Below, piece by piece: positions 1 to 10,842 of a stretch of DNA of 64,000 nt. The notes beneath the pieces were generated by a model. It ran no database searches. It was given only the letters and a program-made list of their open reading frames with translations, and had not been told where the DNA came from. The position numbers and the translations under genes are program-made. The stretch covers positions 3,810 through 67,809 of the forward strand of contig JBAYHK010000001.1 of assembly GCA_041666145.1 (NCBI GenBank), in the 5' to 3' direction. Source of the DNA: Patescibacteria group bacterium. Lineage in GTDB: Bacteria > Patescibacteriota > Patescibacteriia > UBA9934. Each line of letters opens with the position of its first letter. The stretch's first letter is position 1.

Positions 1-104
1 TTCTACAGAAAAGATTTTTATGTTTGGCATAGTATTCAGCGTCTTTTGCTTCTTGCATCATAAGAGACCTTGAAGAAACAATCCACACTGACCAAACAGC
101 GTCA

Positions 105-518
105 ATGACGTACAATATACGCAATATGTTCGCAAAAAAACATTCAGTAATGAAAGAAGAAGAATCTTTTAATTTTGCGCGTCCAGAAGGGCAGCTTGCA
201 GTTGACGTCATAGAAACTCCAGACAAAGTAATCATTCGATCTGCGATTGCTGGAGTTTTTGAAGACGATCTTCATATCACCATAAACGAAGACATGGTAA
301 CAATCCGCGGAGAGCGCACAATCGCGACGCTCCCAATGAACGCGACCGTTCATTATGAGGAATGTTTTTGGGGCGCATTTTCACGGTCGATCATCCTCCC
401 CTGCCGAATTACGCCAGACGATGCAGACGCGAGCCTTCAGAACGGAATTCTCACGATCACTCTGAATAAAGCTCGTGGAGATATTCGCGTTCCAGTAAGA
501 AAAGATTTGTCATTATGA
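105..518 (+). CDS. Hsp20/alpha-crystallin family small heat-shock protein
   Basis: VDVIETPDKVIIRSAIAGV...ITINEDMVTIRGER...WGAFSRSIILP...ASLQNGILTITL is the alpha-crystallin domain pattern. Confidence 0.9.
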   Translation: MTYNIRNMFAKKHSVMKEEESFNFARPEGQLAVDVIETPDKVIIRSAIAGVFEDDLHITINEDMVTIRGERTIATLPMNATVHYEECFWGAFSRSIILPCRITPDDADASLQNGILTITLNKARGDIRVPVRKDLSL

Positions 519-2395
519 AAAAACTTCACGCCGGAGCCATCATTGCGCTCGCGGTTCTTCTTGTAAGCGTGCTTATTGCTCTTGTTCTCATGGTCCATGC
601 ATATTTTTCTTATGCAAATCGGGTAGTTCCAAACGTTTCTATTGCAGGGATCTCCCTCTCTGGAATGGACAACCTTGCTGCCGCAAGCACACTGCAACGT
701 GTATACGACAAAATGATCACTAAAGGAGTTACCATCACCGTTAACGAACAAGTACAAACAATCCCACTTTTCCAAACAAGCAGTCAGAGCGATGTTGCAT
801 ACAATCTTCTTGAATGGGACCCATCAGCAGCTGCGGAAGAAGCACTAAGCATCGGACATCATAAAAATATCGTCATCGACAGTCTTTTCATTTTGTACTA
901 CGAACTTTTTGGATCAAAGAAATTTTCAGCAAGCGTCATTGTGAATGAAGAACGACTCCAAGAAGCAATCCTTGCCGCATTCCCAAACGAACAAATCCCC
1001 GCATCTGCAACGGATTTCTCAGTATCAATCTCCCGAAATAAGGGGGTTATCGTCTCTATAGAACCTGGAATACAAGGACAGACACTAAATATCGATGCAG
1101 CTATAGACTCGATAAAAAAGGATGCGCGAGATCTTGTTATTGGCTCGCTTCCTATTTCAACTGTTGCAACAGAACCTAACATAACCACCTCAGATGCAGA
1201 AACGCTCATCACTGCCGCAAAAGAAGCCATTGTTGCTGCGCCGTATTCAATTTCTGGGACGAATACGAATGGAGAAACAGAAACGTGGTCGATGAGTCAG
1301 AAAACAATTGCCGACTGGATTATTCCAACCTACTCAACCACGAACGGCGCAACGCTTGGACTAGAAGCAGAAAAGATGGTCGACTTTTTCTCCAACCTCC
1401 ACAGCAGCATCGACGTCTCTGCACAAAATGCACGATTCACCATCGACGGCGAAAGAGTGACGGAATTTCAAGAAAGCACTTCTGGAAATGTTGTCGACGA
1501 TGAAGCACTTTTTCTTGCGCTCATCACAATGCTTGGCACAGATACGTCGACGACTCCGCTCGTCGTTCCAACACGAATCGAAGAACCGAGTGTAACCACG
1601 CAAAACGTCAATTCTCTTGGCATCACAGAAATCGTCGGCGAAGCAACAACGTCATATCCAACCGCTTCAGCAAATCGTAGAGAGAACATCAAACATGGAG
1701 CAGAAAAAATCAATGGACTGCTCATAGCGCCAGGAGAAACAGTTTCTCTTCTTGCTTCACTTCGACCATTTACTGCTGCAGATGGCTATGTTACCGAGCT
1801 CGTCATTAAAGGCGATGAAATTAAACCGGAAGTTGGTGGCGGACTTTGTCAGCTTGGTACCACAGCATTTCGTGCCGTTATGCATGCTGGGCTCGAAGTC
1901 ACCGATCGTCGCAATCATTCGCTCGCAATTTCTTATTACAACGACGCAATAAATGGTAATCCAGGAACTGACGCCACGCTTTATGATCCCGCACCAGACT
2001 TCAAATTCAAAAATGACATGCCAACGTATCTCCTTCTTGTTACAAATGCAGATAGTGAAAAAGGCGAAGTAACCTTTACATTCTGGGGAACAAAAGATGG
2101 TAGACAGGGCTCATACGAACCTCCAACAGTTCTTACTCGTACATCACCTGGTCCAAAAGAATACAAAGAAAGTACAACACTCGCTCCAGGAAAAGAAGAG
2201 TGCCAGCACGCATTTCCAGGCTATACCACCACATTCAACTACAACGTTTCCTACGCTGACGGCTCCCTAAAAACCACCGAATTCTTTTCAAGTTACCGCG
2301 CCCTCCCAGAAATCTGTCTGGTTGGAAAGGCCGCAGAAATCGTCACCACAACCACAGACTCCGATATCGGATCAGACCCAATCACAACCGAATAA
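515..2395 (+). CDS. VanW-family protein with N-terminal TM anchor and putative peptidoglycan-binding region
   Basis: N-terminal hydrophobic helix; C-terminal VanW motifs GGGLCQLGTTAFRA, RRNHS, GTDATLY, DFKFKND. Confidence 0.85.
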   Translation: MKKLHAGAIIALAVLLVSVLIALVLMVHAYFSYANRVVPNVSIAGISLSGMDNLAAASTLQRVYDKMITKGVTITVNEQVQTIPLFQTSSQSDVAYNLLEWDPSAAAEEALSIGHHKNIVIDSLFILYYELFGSKKFSASVIVNEERLQEAILAAFPNEQIPASATDFSVSISRNKGVIVSIEPGIQGQTLNIDAAIDSIKKDARDLVIGSLPISTVATEPNITTSDAETLITAAKEAIVAAPYSISGTNTNGETETWSMSQKTIADWIIPTYSTTNGATLGLEAEKMVDFFSNLHSSIDVSAQNARFTIDGERVTEFQESTSGNVVDDEALFLALITMLGTDTSTTPLVVPTRIEEPSVTTQNVNSLGITEIVGEATTSYPTASANRRENIKHGAEKINGLLIAPGETVSLLASLRPFTAADGYVTELVIKGDEIKPEVGGGLCQLGTTAFRAVMHAGLEVTDRRNHSLAISYYNDAINGNPGTDATLYDPAPDFKFKNDMPTYLLLVTNADSEKGEVTFTFWGTKDGRQGSYEPPTVLTRTSPGPKEYKESTTLAPGKEECQHAFPGYTTTFNYNVSYADGSLKTTEFFSSYRALPEICLVGKAAEIVTTTTDSDIGSDPITTE

Positions 2396-2406
2396 GATAA
2401 GACAAG

Positions 2407-2529
2407 TAAAATCCGTAGTTTTAGACTAGTTTCGGCGAAGGTCGAGGAAAGCTTCCGAAACGTACCCAAATGTACGTTGAGGAAGTTTCCGATGACCTGA
2501 ACCGAAAATAGGCAAAACTACGGATTTTA
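2407..2529 (-). repeat. ~120-bp imperfect palindromic element (MITE/REP-like), copy 1; homologous to 25572-25693
   Basis: TAAAATCCGTAGTTTT...AAAACTACGGATTTTA arms with nested inner stems; its reverse complement aligns with the copy after tRNA-Gly. Confidence 0.8.
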
Positions 2530-2533
2530 AAAA

Positions 2534-2656
2534 GCTCCCAGACTCTAGGCTGCGGTCAAGAAGATACATACACGGTAACTGCCCAGCCGAAGCCAGGAAG
2601 CACAGAAAGTTATGTATCCCCATGCTTGTCGTGACCGCAGTCTAAAAGCGAGGAGC
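2534..2656 (-). ncRNA. Putative rod-shaped structured RNA (6S-like candidate, family unassigned)
   Basis: Nested stems GCTCC/GGAGC, CTGCGGTCA/TGACCGCAG and GATACATA/TATGTATC with internal bubbles; apical C(UUCG)G loop on the minus strand; intergenic, just downstream of clpP; strand not certain. Confidence 0.4.
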
Positions 2657-2673
2657 AGGGCCCTTTTTACCCT

Positions 2674-3267
2674 TTAATTAATGACTTTGTCAATGAGCCC
2701 GTACTTCTGCGCCTCCTTAGCGGTCATAAAATTGTCACGTTCTGTATCGACTCCCACGTTCTTTATTGGCTTACCAGTGTGTTTTGCTAGGATTTCATTC
2801 AAGTTTTCACGAACGGCAAGGATTCTTTCTGCATGAATCTTAATATCTGACGCCTGCCCCTTCACACCTCCAAGAACCTGATGAATCATAATCTCTGCAT
2901 TTGGCAGGGCAAAGCGCTTCCCAGCAGCTCCAGCGGCCAACAATACGGCCCCCATCGACGCCGCCATCCCAATACATACCGTCGACACCTTTGGCTGAAT
3001 GTATTGCATGGTGTCATAAATCGCCAAACCAGCTGTCACCGACCCTCCTGGAGAATTGATGTAAAGCGTAATGTCTTTTTCTTTATCTTGGCTTTCCAAA
3101 AAAAGAAGCTGAGCAATAACCGCATTTGCTACCCCGTCATCGATCTCGGTCCCAAGAAACACGATTCGATCCTTTAAAAGTCGGGAATAAATGTCATATG
3201 CCCGCTCACCATTCGCCGTTTTTTCAATCACTGATGGAATAAGGTAGTTGGATTGGATGTCAGACAT
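2674..3267 (-). CDS. clpP: ATP-dependent Clp protease proteolytic subunit
   Basis: [44 protein letters not shown]. Confidence 0.98.
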   Translation of the reverse strand: MSDIQSNYLIPSVIEKTANGERAYDIYSRLLKDRIVFLGTEIDDGVANAVIAQLLFLESQDKEKDITLYINSPGGSVTAGLAIYDTMQYIQPKVSTVCIGMAASMGAVLLAAGAAGKRFALPNAEIMIHQVLGGVKGQASDIKIHAERILAVRENLNEILAKHTGKPIKNVGVDTERDNFMTAKEAQKYGLIDKVIN

Positions 3268-3310
3268 AGTGGAAGAAGAGTAGCAATTTAGCAGTCTCTT
3301 GTGAAGAGTG

Positions 3311-3958
3311 CTAAAGCGTGATGATTTTTGTAGGTTTTAAGGCCTCAACAAATGTCTCTGAGTGCGTCACCACAACAAATCCCGTACCAGATAATCGAAG
3401 CTGTTCAATCGCTCGAAGAATAATCGACTGTGTTGGAACATCAACTCCAGAATCGATCTCATCAAGAAGCGCAATCTTCGGCCGTACCACCAACATTTGA
3501 AACGCCTCCGCTCGCTTCTTCTCTCCCCCGCTCATTTCCGAGTTCAATGCCTTTTGCACAAAACCCTCTGGCAAACATAGAGCCTCCGCTGCTTCTCGAA
3601 TTCGACGCTGCGCTTCTGGAACATCGGTAACTCCACACATTGCCTCAAGTGCTGCTCGAGCCATGAATGAAAGAGACAATCCATCAATCGCTGGAGGCTC
3701 TTGATGCGCAAGAAAAATTCCGGAGCGAGCAAGCTCATGGGTCTTATAGGACCTATAGGACTTATGATCAAATAAAATCTCACCGGAAAGAACGTCGACT
3801 CCTTCCAGGCCCATTATTGCAGCGAGCAAAGAACTCTTTCCCGCCCCATTCTTTCCTTGAATCACTACGCACGCTCCAGCATCAACAGAAAAAGAAAGAT
3901 CTGAAAGAATTCGATGTTCATTTCGAGCAATTGAAAGTTGTTGAATCTCAAGCTTCAT
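3311..3958 (-). CDS. sufC: Fe-S cluster assembly ABC ATPase SufC
   Basis: Walker A GKNGAGKS, signature [18 protein letters not shown]; lies in the suf operon. Confidence 0.88.
   Translation of the reverse strand: MKLEIQQLSIARNEHRILSDLSFSVDAGACVVIQGKNGAGKSSLLAAIMGLEGVDVLSGEILFDHKSYRSYKTHELARSGIFLAHQEPPAIDGLSLSFMARAALEAMCGVTDVPEAQRRIREAAEALCLPEGFVQKALNSEMSGGEKKRAEAFQMLVVRPKIALLDEIDSGVDVPTQSIILRAIEQLRLSGTGFVVVTHSETFVEALKPTKIITL
3737..3765. repeat. 9-bp tandem repeat (ATAGGACCT-like) inside sufC
   Basis: ATGGGTCTT-ATAGGACCT-ATAGGACTT; encodes [10 protein letters not shown]. Confidence 0.7.
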
Positions 3959-4307
3959 AAGACTTCAGTGCATTCTGCAGGGCAACAAGCGCAGTCGTCA
4001 AACAACGCTCACGAAGCGGAGAGATTGGAACGGAAAGAAGCTCTCGAATGTGATTGCCGCTCATAGGTCCTATAAGACCTATAGGACCTATGACTGAACC
4101 TGCCAGAACCGCAGCGGCTGCACGACTAATCACACAACCAGTTGCTTCGTACTGCATAACCTCAATCTTGCCACCAACAATCTTCAACCACACCTTACAA
4201 AAATCACCGCATGAAGCATTTGTTGCTTCACCGACTGCATTCGCACAGTCAAGCGCACCAACGTGAGTTGTGCTTTTTGCGAGTGCAATGAGATCTGTGT
4301 AATCCAT
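3948..4307 (-). CDS. sufU: SufU/IscU-type scaffold/sulfur-transfer protein
   Basis: NASCGD, GCVISRAAA and RERC conserved ligands; lies between sufS and sufC. Confidence 0.88.
   Translation of the reverse strand: MDYTDLIALAKSTTHVGALDCANAVGEATNASCGDFCKVWLKIVGGKIEVMQYEATGCVISRAAAAVLAGSVIGPIGLIGPMSGNHIRELLSVPISPLRERCLTTALVALQNALKSYEA
4063..4091. repeat. 9-bp tandem repeat inside sufU
   Basis: ATAGGTCCT-ATAAGACCT-ATAGGACCT; encodes IGPIGLIGPM. Confidence 0.75.
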
Positions 4308-4330
4308 AGGACGTATACGTCGAATAAGAC

Positions 4331-5551
4331 CTATTTTAGAAGCTCAAGAACTTCTAAAAGCGCAGAGAGAAACTTCTGTATTTCTTCTTCGGTAGAATAC
4401 GCCGCCAAACTCACTCGAATTGTTCCACCTTCTAGCGCAATCCTTTCAATCAATGGTTGAGCACAGTGATTTCCGGCACGAACACAAATACCGCGCTGAC
4501 CAAGAAGATCAGCAACGTCATGAGGATGAACGCCTTCGACGATGAAAGAAACAATGGCAATGGCATCGGCGGGATCGAAGACGGTGACACCAGGAATCGT
4601 TCGGAGACTGGTGACGAGAGACTGACGCAAGGAAGCTACCCCCTCCGACTCCGTTCCGCCACACATCTTTACCGCTTCAGCAAAACCAATTGCGCCTTCT
4701 ACATTCGGCGATCCACCTTCAAATCGAGCAGGAATCTCTCGCCAAGTTTCACGATCGATAGAAATGGAATCAACCATACCGCCGCCAACAATCATCGGTT
4801 CCATGATTGATGCGAGTCGATTCGATAATGCCATCGCTGCAATCCCAGAAGGTCCATAACACTTATGCGAACCAAACACGATTGCATCGGCGCCAAGTTC
4901 CTTCATCGAGATCGGAATGTGCGGTGCGGCTTGTGCGGCATCGACGATCACGAACGGAAAGGAAAGCTTGTCTACCCCCTCCGACTCCCCCTTGTTAAGG
5001 GGGAGAGTTCGCTGCGCTGCGTCGACAAGTGCTTTTACGGGGACGACAGTTCCAAGAACATTCGAAACAAGAGTCGTTGCAATAATCTTGGTTCGATGAT
5101 TCATCATCGAAATCGTTCCTTCGATATCGAGCATGAAGTCACTGCTCATCGGCATGGTTCGAAGAATCGCACCACGTTCTCGTGCAATGCGTCGCCATGG
5201 CAACAAATTCGCATGATGCTCAAAAGGACTCACCAGAATTTCGTCACCGGGATTGAGGATCGACTGAACGCCAAAAGCAATCGCATTAAGACCCTCCGTG
5301 ACGCTCTTCGTAAAAATCGTGGTTCTCAAATCTGCTTCAATAAATTCGGCAACAGTCTTTCGCGAGTTTTCGTACGCCACCATCGACACTTCAGCTAACG
5401 GATACAGTCCACGACCAATATTCGAACGTCCAGACCGAAGATATGCCGCCATTGCTTCAATCGACGCAGAACAAATCTGCGTGGTTGAAGCGTTGTCGAG
5501 ATAGGCAACGTCAGCATTAAGCGCAGGAAATTGCGAGCGAATATCATTCAT
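4331..5551 (-). CDS. sufS: Cysteine desulfurase SufS
   Basis: YLDNASTTQ, EHHANLLPW, VDAAQ, GSHKCYGP (PLP lysine), VRAGNHCAQP. Confidence 0.95.
   Translation of the reverse strand: MNDIRSQFPALNADVAYLDNASTTQICSASIEAMAAYLRSGRSNIGRGLYPLAEVSMVAYENSRKTVAEFIEADLRTTIFTKSVTEGLNAIAFGVQSILNPGDEILVSPFEHHANLLPWRRIARERGAILRTMPMSSDFMLDIEGTISMMNHRTKIIATTLVSNVLGTVVPVKALVDAAQRTLPLNKGESEGVDKLSFPFVIVDAAQAAPHIPISMKELGADAIVFGSHKCYGPSGIAAMALSNRLASIMEPMIVGGGMVDSISIDRETWREIPARFEGGSPNVEGAIGFAEAVKMCGGTESEGVASLRQSLVTSLRTIPGVTVFDPADAIAIVSFIVEGVHPHDVADLLGQRGICVRAGNHCAQPLIERIALEGGTIRVSLAAYSTEEEIQKFLSALLEVLELLK
4972..5007. repeat. Palindromic insertion element (family P1), in-frame within sufS
   Basis: CTACCCCCTCCGACTCCCCCTTGTTAAGGGGGAGAG, identical over 36 nt to 8071-8106; a half copy lies at 4636-4652. 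Confidence 0.9.
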
Positions 5552-6233
5552 AGGTCCTATAGGTCTTATAGGTCTTATAGGACCTATGCGCTACAAGCCC
5601 CCAAATTGGACACAAGAATTGGTCAGCAACCATGCGTCGAGCGATCATGCTGTCAATGCCACGACACGCAAAATACGCAATGATTGCCTTAGAGGGCCGA
5701 GCAACCGCGACTCGATGTTTTGCACGAATAGCATTTGACGCAATATGGAGTTCAGGAATAACACGAATTCGTGACTTGTCTCCAAGAAGCATTCCTCGCA
5801 CTGATGTTTCAACAACACCATCAGCTACCAATGAATCAACAACAACACGCTGACGAATAATCGCATTCGATCGATCTTGCGTAACACATCGGTCGTCAAT
5901 GATGCACGTTGCGCCATCGGCAGAAATATGAACATCGTCATCACATCGAAACGTGACGTTCGGTGCAACTGTACAAGCAGTGAAAAGTTCAACTCGAGCA
6001 CCTGAACCAACAATCTCAACATTTCGAACTATCGAAATATCCGAAATGACTTCGCCAACAAGAACCATCGAGAGTATTGCTCCGGCCTCGACGCGGGCAG
6101 AGATTGAAACGCTTTGCGATATATCGACTTCCACTTTTCGTGAAGACCGTGCTGGAACGCTAATCACAATATCTGCCCCTGAACGAAGCGCTACCTCAGA
6201 CAACGGCTTTTCACGTTCATCAATCATATTCAA
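5544..6233 (-). CDS. sufD: SufD-like Fe-S assembly protein (divergent, short)
   Basis: beta-helix-like composition; RGMLLGDKSRIRVIPELHI...HRVAV...YFACRGID C-terminus; sits between sufB and sufS. Confidence 0.75.
   Translation of the reverse strand: MNMIDEREKPLSEVALRSGADIVISVPARSSRKVEVDISQSVSISARVEAGAILSMVLVGEVISDISIVRNVEIVGSGARVELFTACTVAPNVTFRCDDDVHISADGATCIIDDRCVTQDRSNAIIRQRVVVDSLVADGVVETSVRGMLLGDKSRIRVIPELHIASNAIRAKHRVAVARPSKAIIAYFACRGIDSMIARRMVADQFLCPIWGLVAHRSYKTYKTYRTYE
5550..5587. repeat. 9-bp tandem repeat x4 at the sufD/sufS junction
   Basis: ATAGGTCCT-ATAGGTCTT-ATAGGTCTT-ATAGGACCT; overlaps the sufS ATG; encodes SufD tail HRSYKTYKTYRTYE. Confidence 0.8.
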
Positions 6234-7624
6234 GCAACAGCGCCAGTCATCTCAAGCGACACAAGTTCGAGAAACTCGACCGCATACTCAAACGGAAGCT
6301 CGCGAACAATTGGATCAAGAAATCCATTAATCACAGCACGACGTGCAGCGTCAGCATCAAGCCCCCTAGTCGATAGATACGCCAACTGCGCGTCATCAAC
6401 ACGACCGATAGTTGCCTCATGCGTTACGGTCATATCTGGTGCAGCATCGTCAATGATAGGAATCGTCACCGCACAAGACTCGGTGTCCATCATGAGCGTG
6501 TCACACACAACAGAAACGCTCGAATCTTTCGCTGCTGCTGTCGCCTTCACCAATCCTCGGTACGTGCTCACTCCCCCACCAACCGCAATACTCTTCGCCC
6601 TTATATTCGCCGACGTATTCGGCGCAACAAGCGCGACCTTATGCCCTGTGTCTTGTTTCTGCCCTGGCCCAGCAAACGCAACACCAAGATAATCGCTCTT
6701 CGAATCCTCTCCTCGAAGCACGCTCATCGGATAAAGCATTGTTACCCCGCTCCCCATATTCCCATTCACCCATGAAATTGATGCTCCTTCATCGACCAAA
6801 GCTCGCTTCGTATTAAGATTAAACGTATTCTTACTCCAATTTTCAATGCTCATGTATTTCACAGTTGCACCTTTCTTCACGTAAATCTCGACACATCCAG
6901 CATGAAGCGCTGCACTGTCATACTTTGGTGCCGAACAACCTTCAATATATTCAACAACACTTCCTTCATCGGCGATAATGAGTGTGTGTTCGAATTGTCC
7001 TCCACGTTCTGCATTCATTCGAAAATACGCCTGAAGCGGAATCGTCACCTTCACATTCTTCGGAACATAAATGAACGTTCCTCCGCTCCAAACTGCCGCA
7101 TGAAGCGCAGAAAAATAATGATCACAAACCGGCACGCAGCTTGTCATGAAATGCGCTCGAACCAGTTCTGGATATTCGCGAACTGCAACATCCATATTAA
7201 GAAAAATCACTCCCTGGTCCGCAAGATCGCGCTGAAGATTGTGATAAACAATCTCCGAATCATACTGCGCGCCAACACCAGCGAGTCCTGCGCGTTCAGC
7301 TTCTGGAATACCAAGCTTCTCGAATGTCTCTCGAATATCCGTTGGCACGTCATCCCATGTTCGATGCTCTACCGAATTCGGCTGAACAAAAAACGAAATC
7401 GAAGAGAGCTCAAGCGTGTCGAGCGACGGACCGAAACTTGGTCGCAGATGCGATGAAACAAAATCAAATCCTTCAAGACGCTTTTCTGTTACCCATTCTG
7501 GCTCTCCTTTCTTTTTCGCAATCGCAAAAATAGCTTTACGAGTAAAACCACTCGGCAAAACAAATCTCGGCGTATGTTTTCCAGGTGCATCAAGATGCGC
7601 ACGAAGGGCGTCCATAGGCCCCAA
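6230..7624 (-). CDS. sufB: Fe-S cluster assembly protein SufB
   Basis: TFEKLGIPEAER, GAQYDSE, AVWSGGTFIYVPK, PLQAYFRMN, GQFEHTLII, YIEGCSAP, HEATIGRV. Confidence 0.97.
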   Translation of the reverse strand: MGPMDALRAHLDAPGKHTPRFVLPSGFTRKAIFAIAKKKGEPEWVTEKRLEGFDFVSSHLRPSFGPSLDTLELSSISFFVQPNSVEHRTWDDVPTDIRETFEKLGIPEAERAGLAGVGAQYDSEIVYHNLQRDLADQGVIFLNMDVAVREYPELVRAHFMTSCVPVCDHYFSALHAAVWSGGTFIYVPKNVKVTIPLQAYFRMNAERGGQFEHTLIIADEGSVVEYIEGCSAPKYDSAALHAGCVEIYVKKGATVKYMSIENWSKNTFNLNTKRALVDEGASISWVNGNMGSGVTMLYPMSVLRGEDSKSDYLGVAFAGPGQKQDTGHKVALVAPNTSANIRAKSIAVGGGVSTYRGLVKATAAAKDSSVSVVCDTLMMDTESCAVTIPIIDDAAPDMTVTHEATIGRVDDAQLAYLSTRGLDADAARRAVINGFLDPIVRELPFEYAVEFLELVSLEMTGAVA

Positions 7625-7669
7625 TCCTAGTCTGAAAATCGAACAAAAACAACGGAAACAAAAAATCGA

Positions 7670-7792
7670 CTACGCTGCGAAAATGAGGATTATTGTTCCA
7701 AAAAATAAAAAAAGAATTGCCAAAATAAGCCCAACTTCAAGCACGGTAACAAATGGAACCTTTTTTGATCGTGCTGATCGACGAACGGTCAT
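7670..7792 (-). CDS. Putative 40-aa single-pass membrane microprotein (not in ORF track)
   Basis: ATG at 7792, TAG at 7670: MTVRRSARSKKVPFVTVLEVGLILAILFLFFGTIILIFAA; basic N-terminus plus one TM helix; fills the rnhB-sufB gap on the same strand. Confidence 0.55.
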   Translation of the reverse strand: MTVRRSARSKKVPFVTVLEVGLILAILFLFFGTIILIFAA

Positions 7793-7807
7793 ATTATGCA
7801 AAGTATA

Positions 7808-8452
7808 TCATCCGTGCCAAAACGTTCTTCGGTGAATCGGCGACAGCCCAATGCGACGAATCGCTTGAACGTGAGCTTTTGTGCCATACCCTTTGTGCGA
7901 CGAAAAATTGTAGCCAGGAATCGTATCATCGAACGCTTCCATGAGCAGATCTCGATATTCTTTTGCCACAATCGATGCGGCAGCAATAGAGAATATCTTC
8001 GCATCACCATCGACGACGGTTTCTTGAGGCGTATCGAGATTTGGAATTCGCTGATTTCCATCAACAAAAACTACCCCCTCCGACTCCCCCTTGTTAAGGG
8101 GGAGAGATCTCACTGCAGCACTCATCGCCCGTAAAGTCGCTTGAAGAATATTAATCTCGTCGATCACCACAGCATCGACCTCAGCAATTCCAACAGCCAA
8201 TGCAACGTCCCGAATCGCTTTCGATGTTTCTTGACGCTGTTTTCGACTAAGCGTTTTGCTGTCACGAATTGGAAATCGCAGTGCAAGATTATAAATCGGC
8301 TCTGGATTGCTCCAGTCAAAAAGCACGGCCCCAGCAACAACTGGCCCAGCCAAACATCCTCGACCAACCTCGTCAACGCCAATTGGATGGCACAAACCAA
8401 CGCCCCATCGACGCAATTCCTCTTTACAATCAAGTGATCCGCGCTTTGTCAT
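7808..8452 (-). CDS. rnhB: Ribonuclease HII
   Basis: GVDEVGRGCLAGPVV, DSK, VDGN, SIAAASIVAK, HKGYGT, HRRTF. Confidence 0.97.
   Translation of the reverse strand: MTKRGSLDCKEELRRWGVGLCHPIGVDEVGRGCLAGPVVAGAVLFDWSNPEPIYNLALRFPIRDSKTLSRKQRQETSKAIRDVALAVGIAEVDAVVIDEINILQATLRAMSAAVRSLPLNKGESEGVVFVDGNQRIPNLDTPQETVVDGDAKIFSIAAASIVAKEYRDLLMEAFDDTIPGYNFSSHKGYGTKAHVQAIRRIGLSPIHRRTFWHG
8071..8106. repeat. Palindromic insertion element (family P1), in-frame within rnhB
   Basis: identical to 4972-5007; encodes LPLNKGESEGV just before the conserved VDGN. Confidence 0.9.
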
Positions 8453-8549
8453 AACAGAATCGATTCACGATCAGGAGCAGTATACGTTGGAGATTCCGCT
8501 TTACACCAACGCAAAAATTCGGTATCCTCTCAACGTTCTAAAAGACCGT

Positions 8550-8625
8550 CGGGCCGTAGCGCAGTTGGTAGCGCGCCTGGTTTGGGACCAGGAGGTCGCA
8601 GGTTCGAACCCTGTCGGCCCGACCA
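8550..8625 (+). tRNA. tRNA-Pro(TGG)
   Basis: acceptor CGGGCCG/CGGCCCG, anticodon arm CCTGG-TTTGGGA-CCAGG, GGTTCGAAC T-loop, encoded CCA. Confidence 0.97.
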
Positions 8626-8777
8626 AAAACGAATCGCAATGCGGTTCGTTTTTGCATCCCAAACAAGAAGAAAAATCACGAATTATAATTCGTTGATCTG
8701 GCATAATTCATTACAAGTATTGCTTGACGCACAACGACATGATGTCATACAATACCCCCGCTTTCACAAACTATTTC

Positions 8778-8854
<77 letters not shown>

Positions 8855-8855
8855 G

Positions 8856-8930
8856 GCCGAGGTAGCTCAGTGGTAGAGCAGAGGTCTGAAGAACCTCGTG
8901 TCGACAGTTCGATTCTGTCTCTCGGCACCA
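8856..8930 (+). tRNA. tRNA-Phe(GAA)
   Basis: GCCGAGG/TCTCGGC acceptor, GAGGT-CTGAAGA-ACCTC, CCA; starts one nucleotide after tRNA-Ile. Confidence 0.97.
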
Positions 8931-8931
8931 C

Positions 8932-8960
8932 AAAAAATCCGTCACATGACGGATTTTTTG
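8932..8960 (+). terminator. Intrinsic terminator after tRNA-Ile/Phe
   Basis: AAAAATCCGTCA-CA-TGACGGATTTTTT. Confidence 0.8.
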
Positions 8961-9103
8961 TTTTATTTCTGACTCGTCAACAAAAAAAGCGCCATTGCGG
9001 CGTTCTTTTTTTTATTTCCAGCGCATCAGTAATACACAACTATGTGATTACAACGTCCTACAGTTCTTGCGAACTGCATCGACCGATCAAAGTGTTACCT
9101 TTG

Positions 9104-10602
<1,499 letters not shown>

Positions 10603-10779
10603 AGTTCCCTCGTTGCTCTTGCGAGCTATGAGGGACTCTGTTTAGTGATCGTTCTTGCGAACGATATCGGTGGACGTTGTAATCACGCAATTGTTCATTA
10701 CGTGATGGGCTGGTTGTTGTTCTTCAGTTGTGAAGATACGACGTCCGCCAGGGCGAAAACCCTCAACGAATGTGGCGGT

Positions 10780-10808
10780 AGAGTAATTGAATGGAAAAAA
10801 GCTGTCAA
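10780..10808 (-). promoter_or_regulatory. sigma70 promoter of the 16S rRNA gene
   Basis: TTGACA-N17-TACTCT on the minus strand ~180 nt upstream of mature 16S. Confidence 0.75.
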
Positions 10809-10842
10809 GCATTACTCGGCCTGAAAAATGTGGATGAATCGA

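Noticed and set aside
2580-2612. SRP (4.5S) RNA because of GGAAGCA
   Set aside because: The required CAGG-stem-GNRA-stem-AGCA geometry cannot be formed on either strand.
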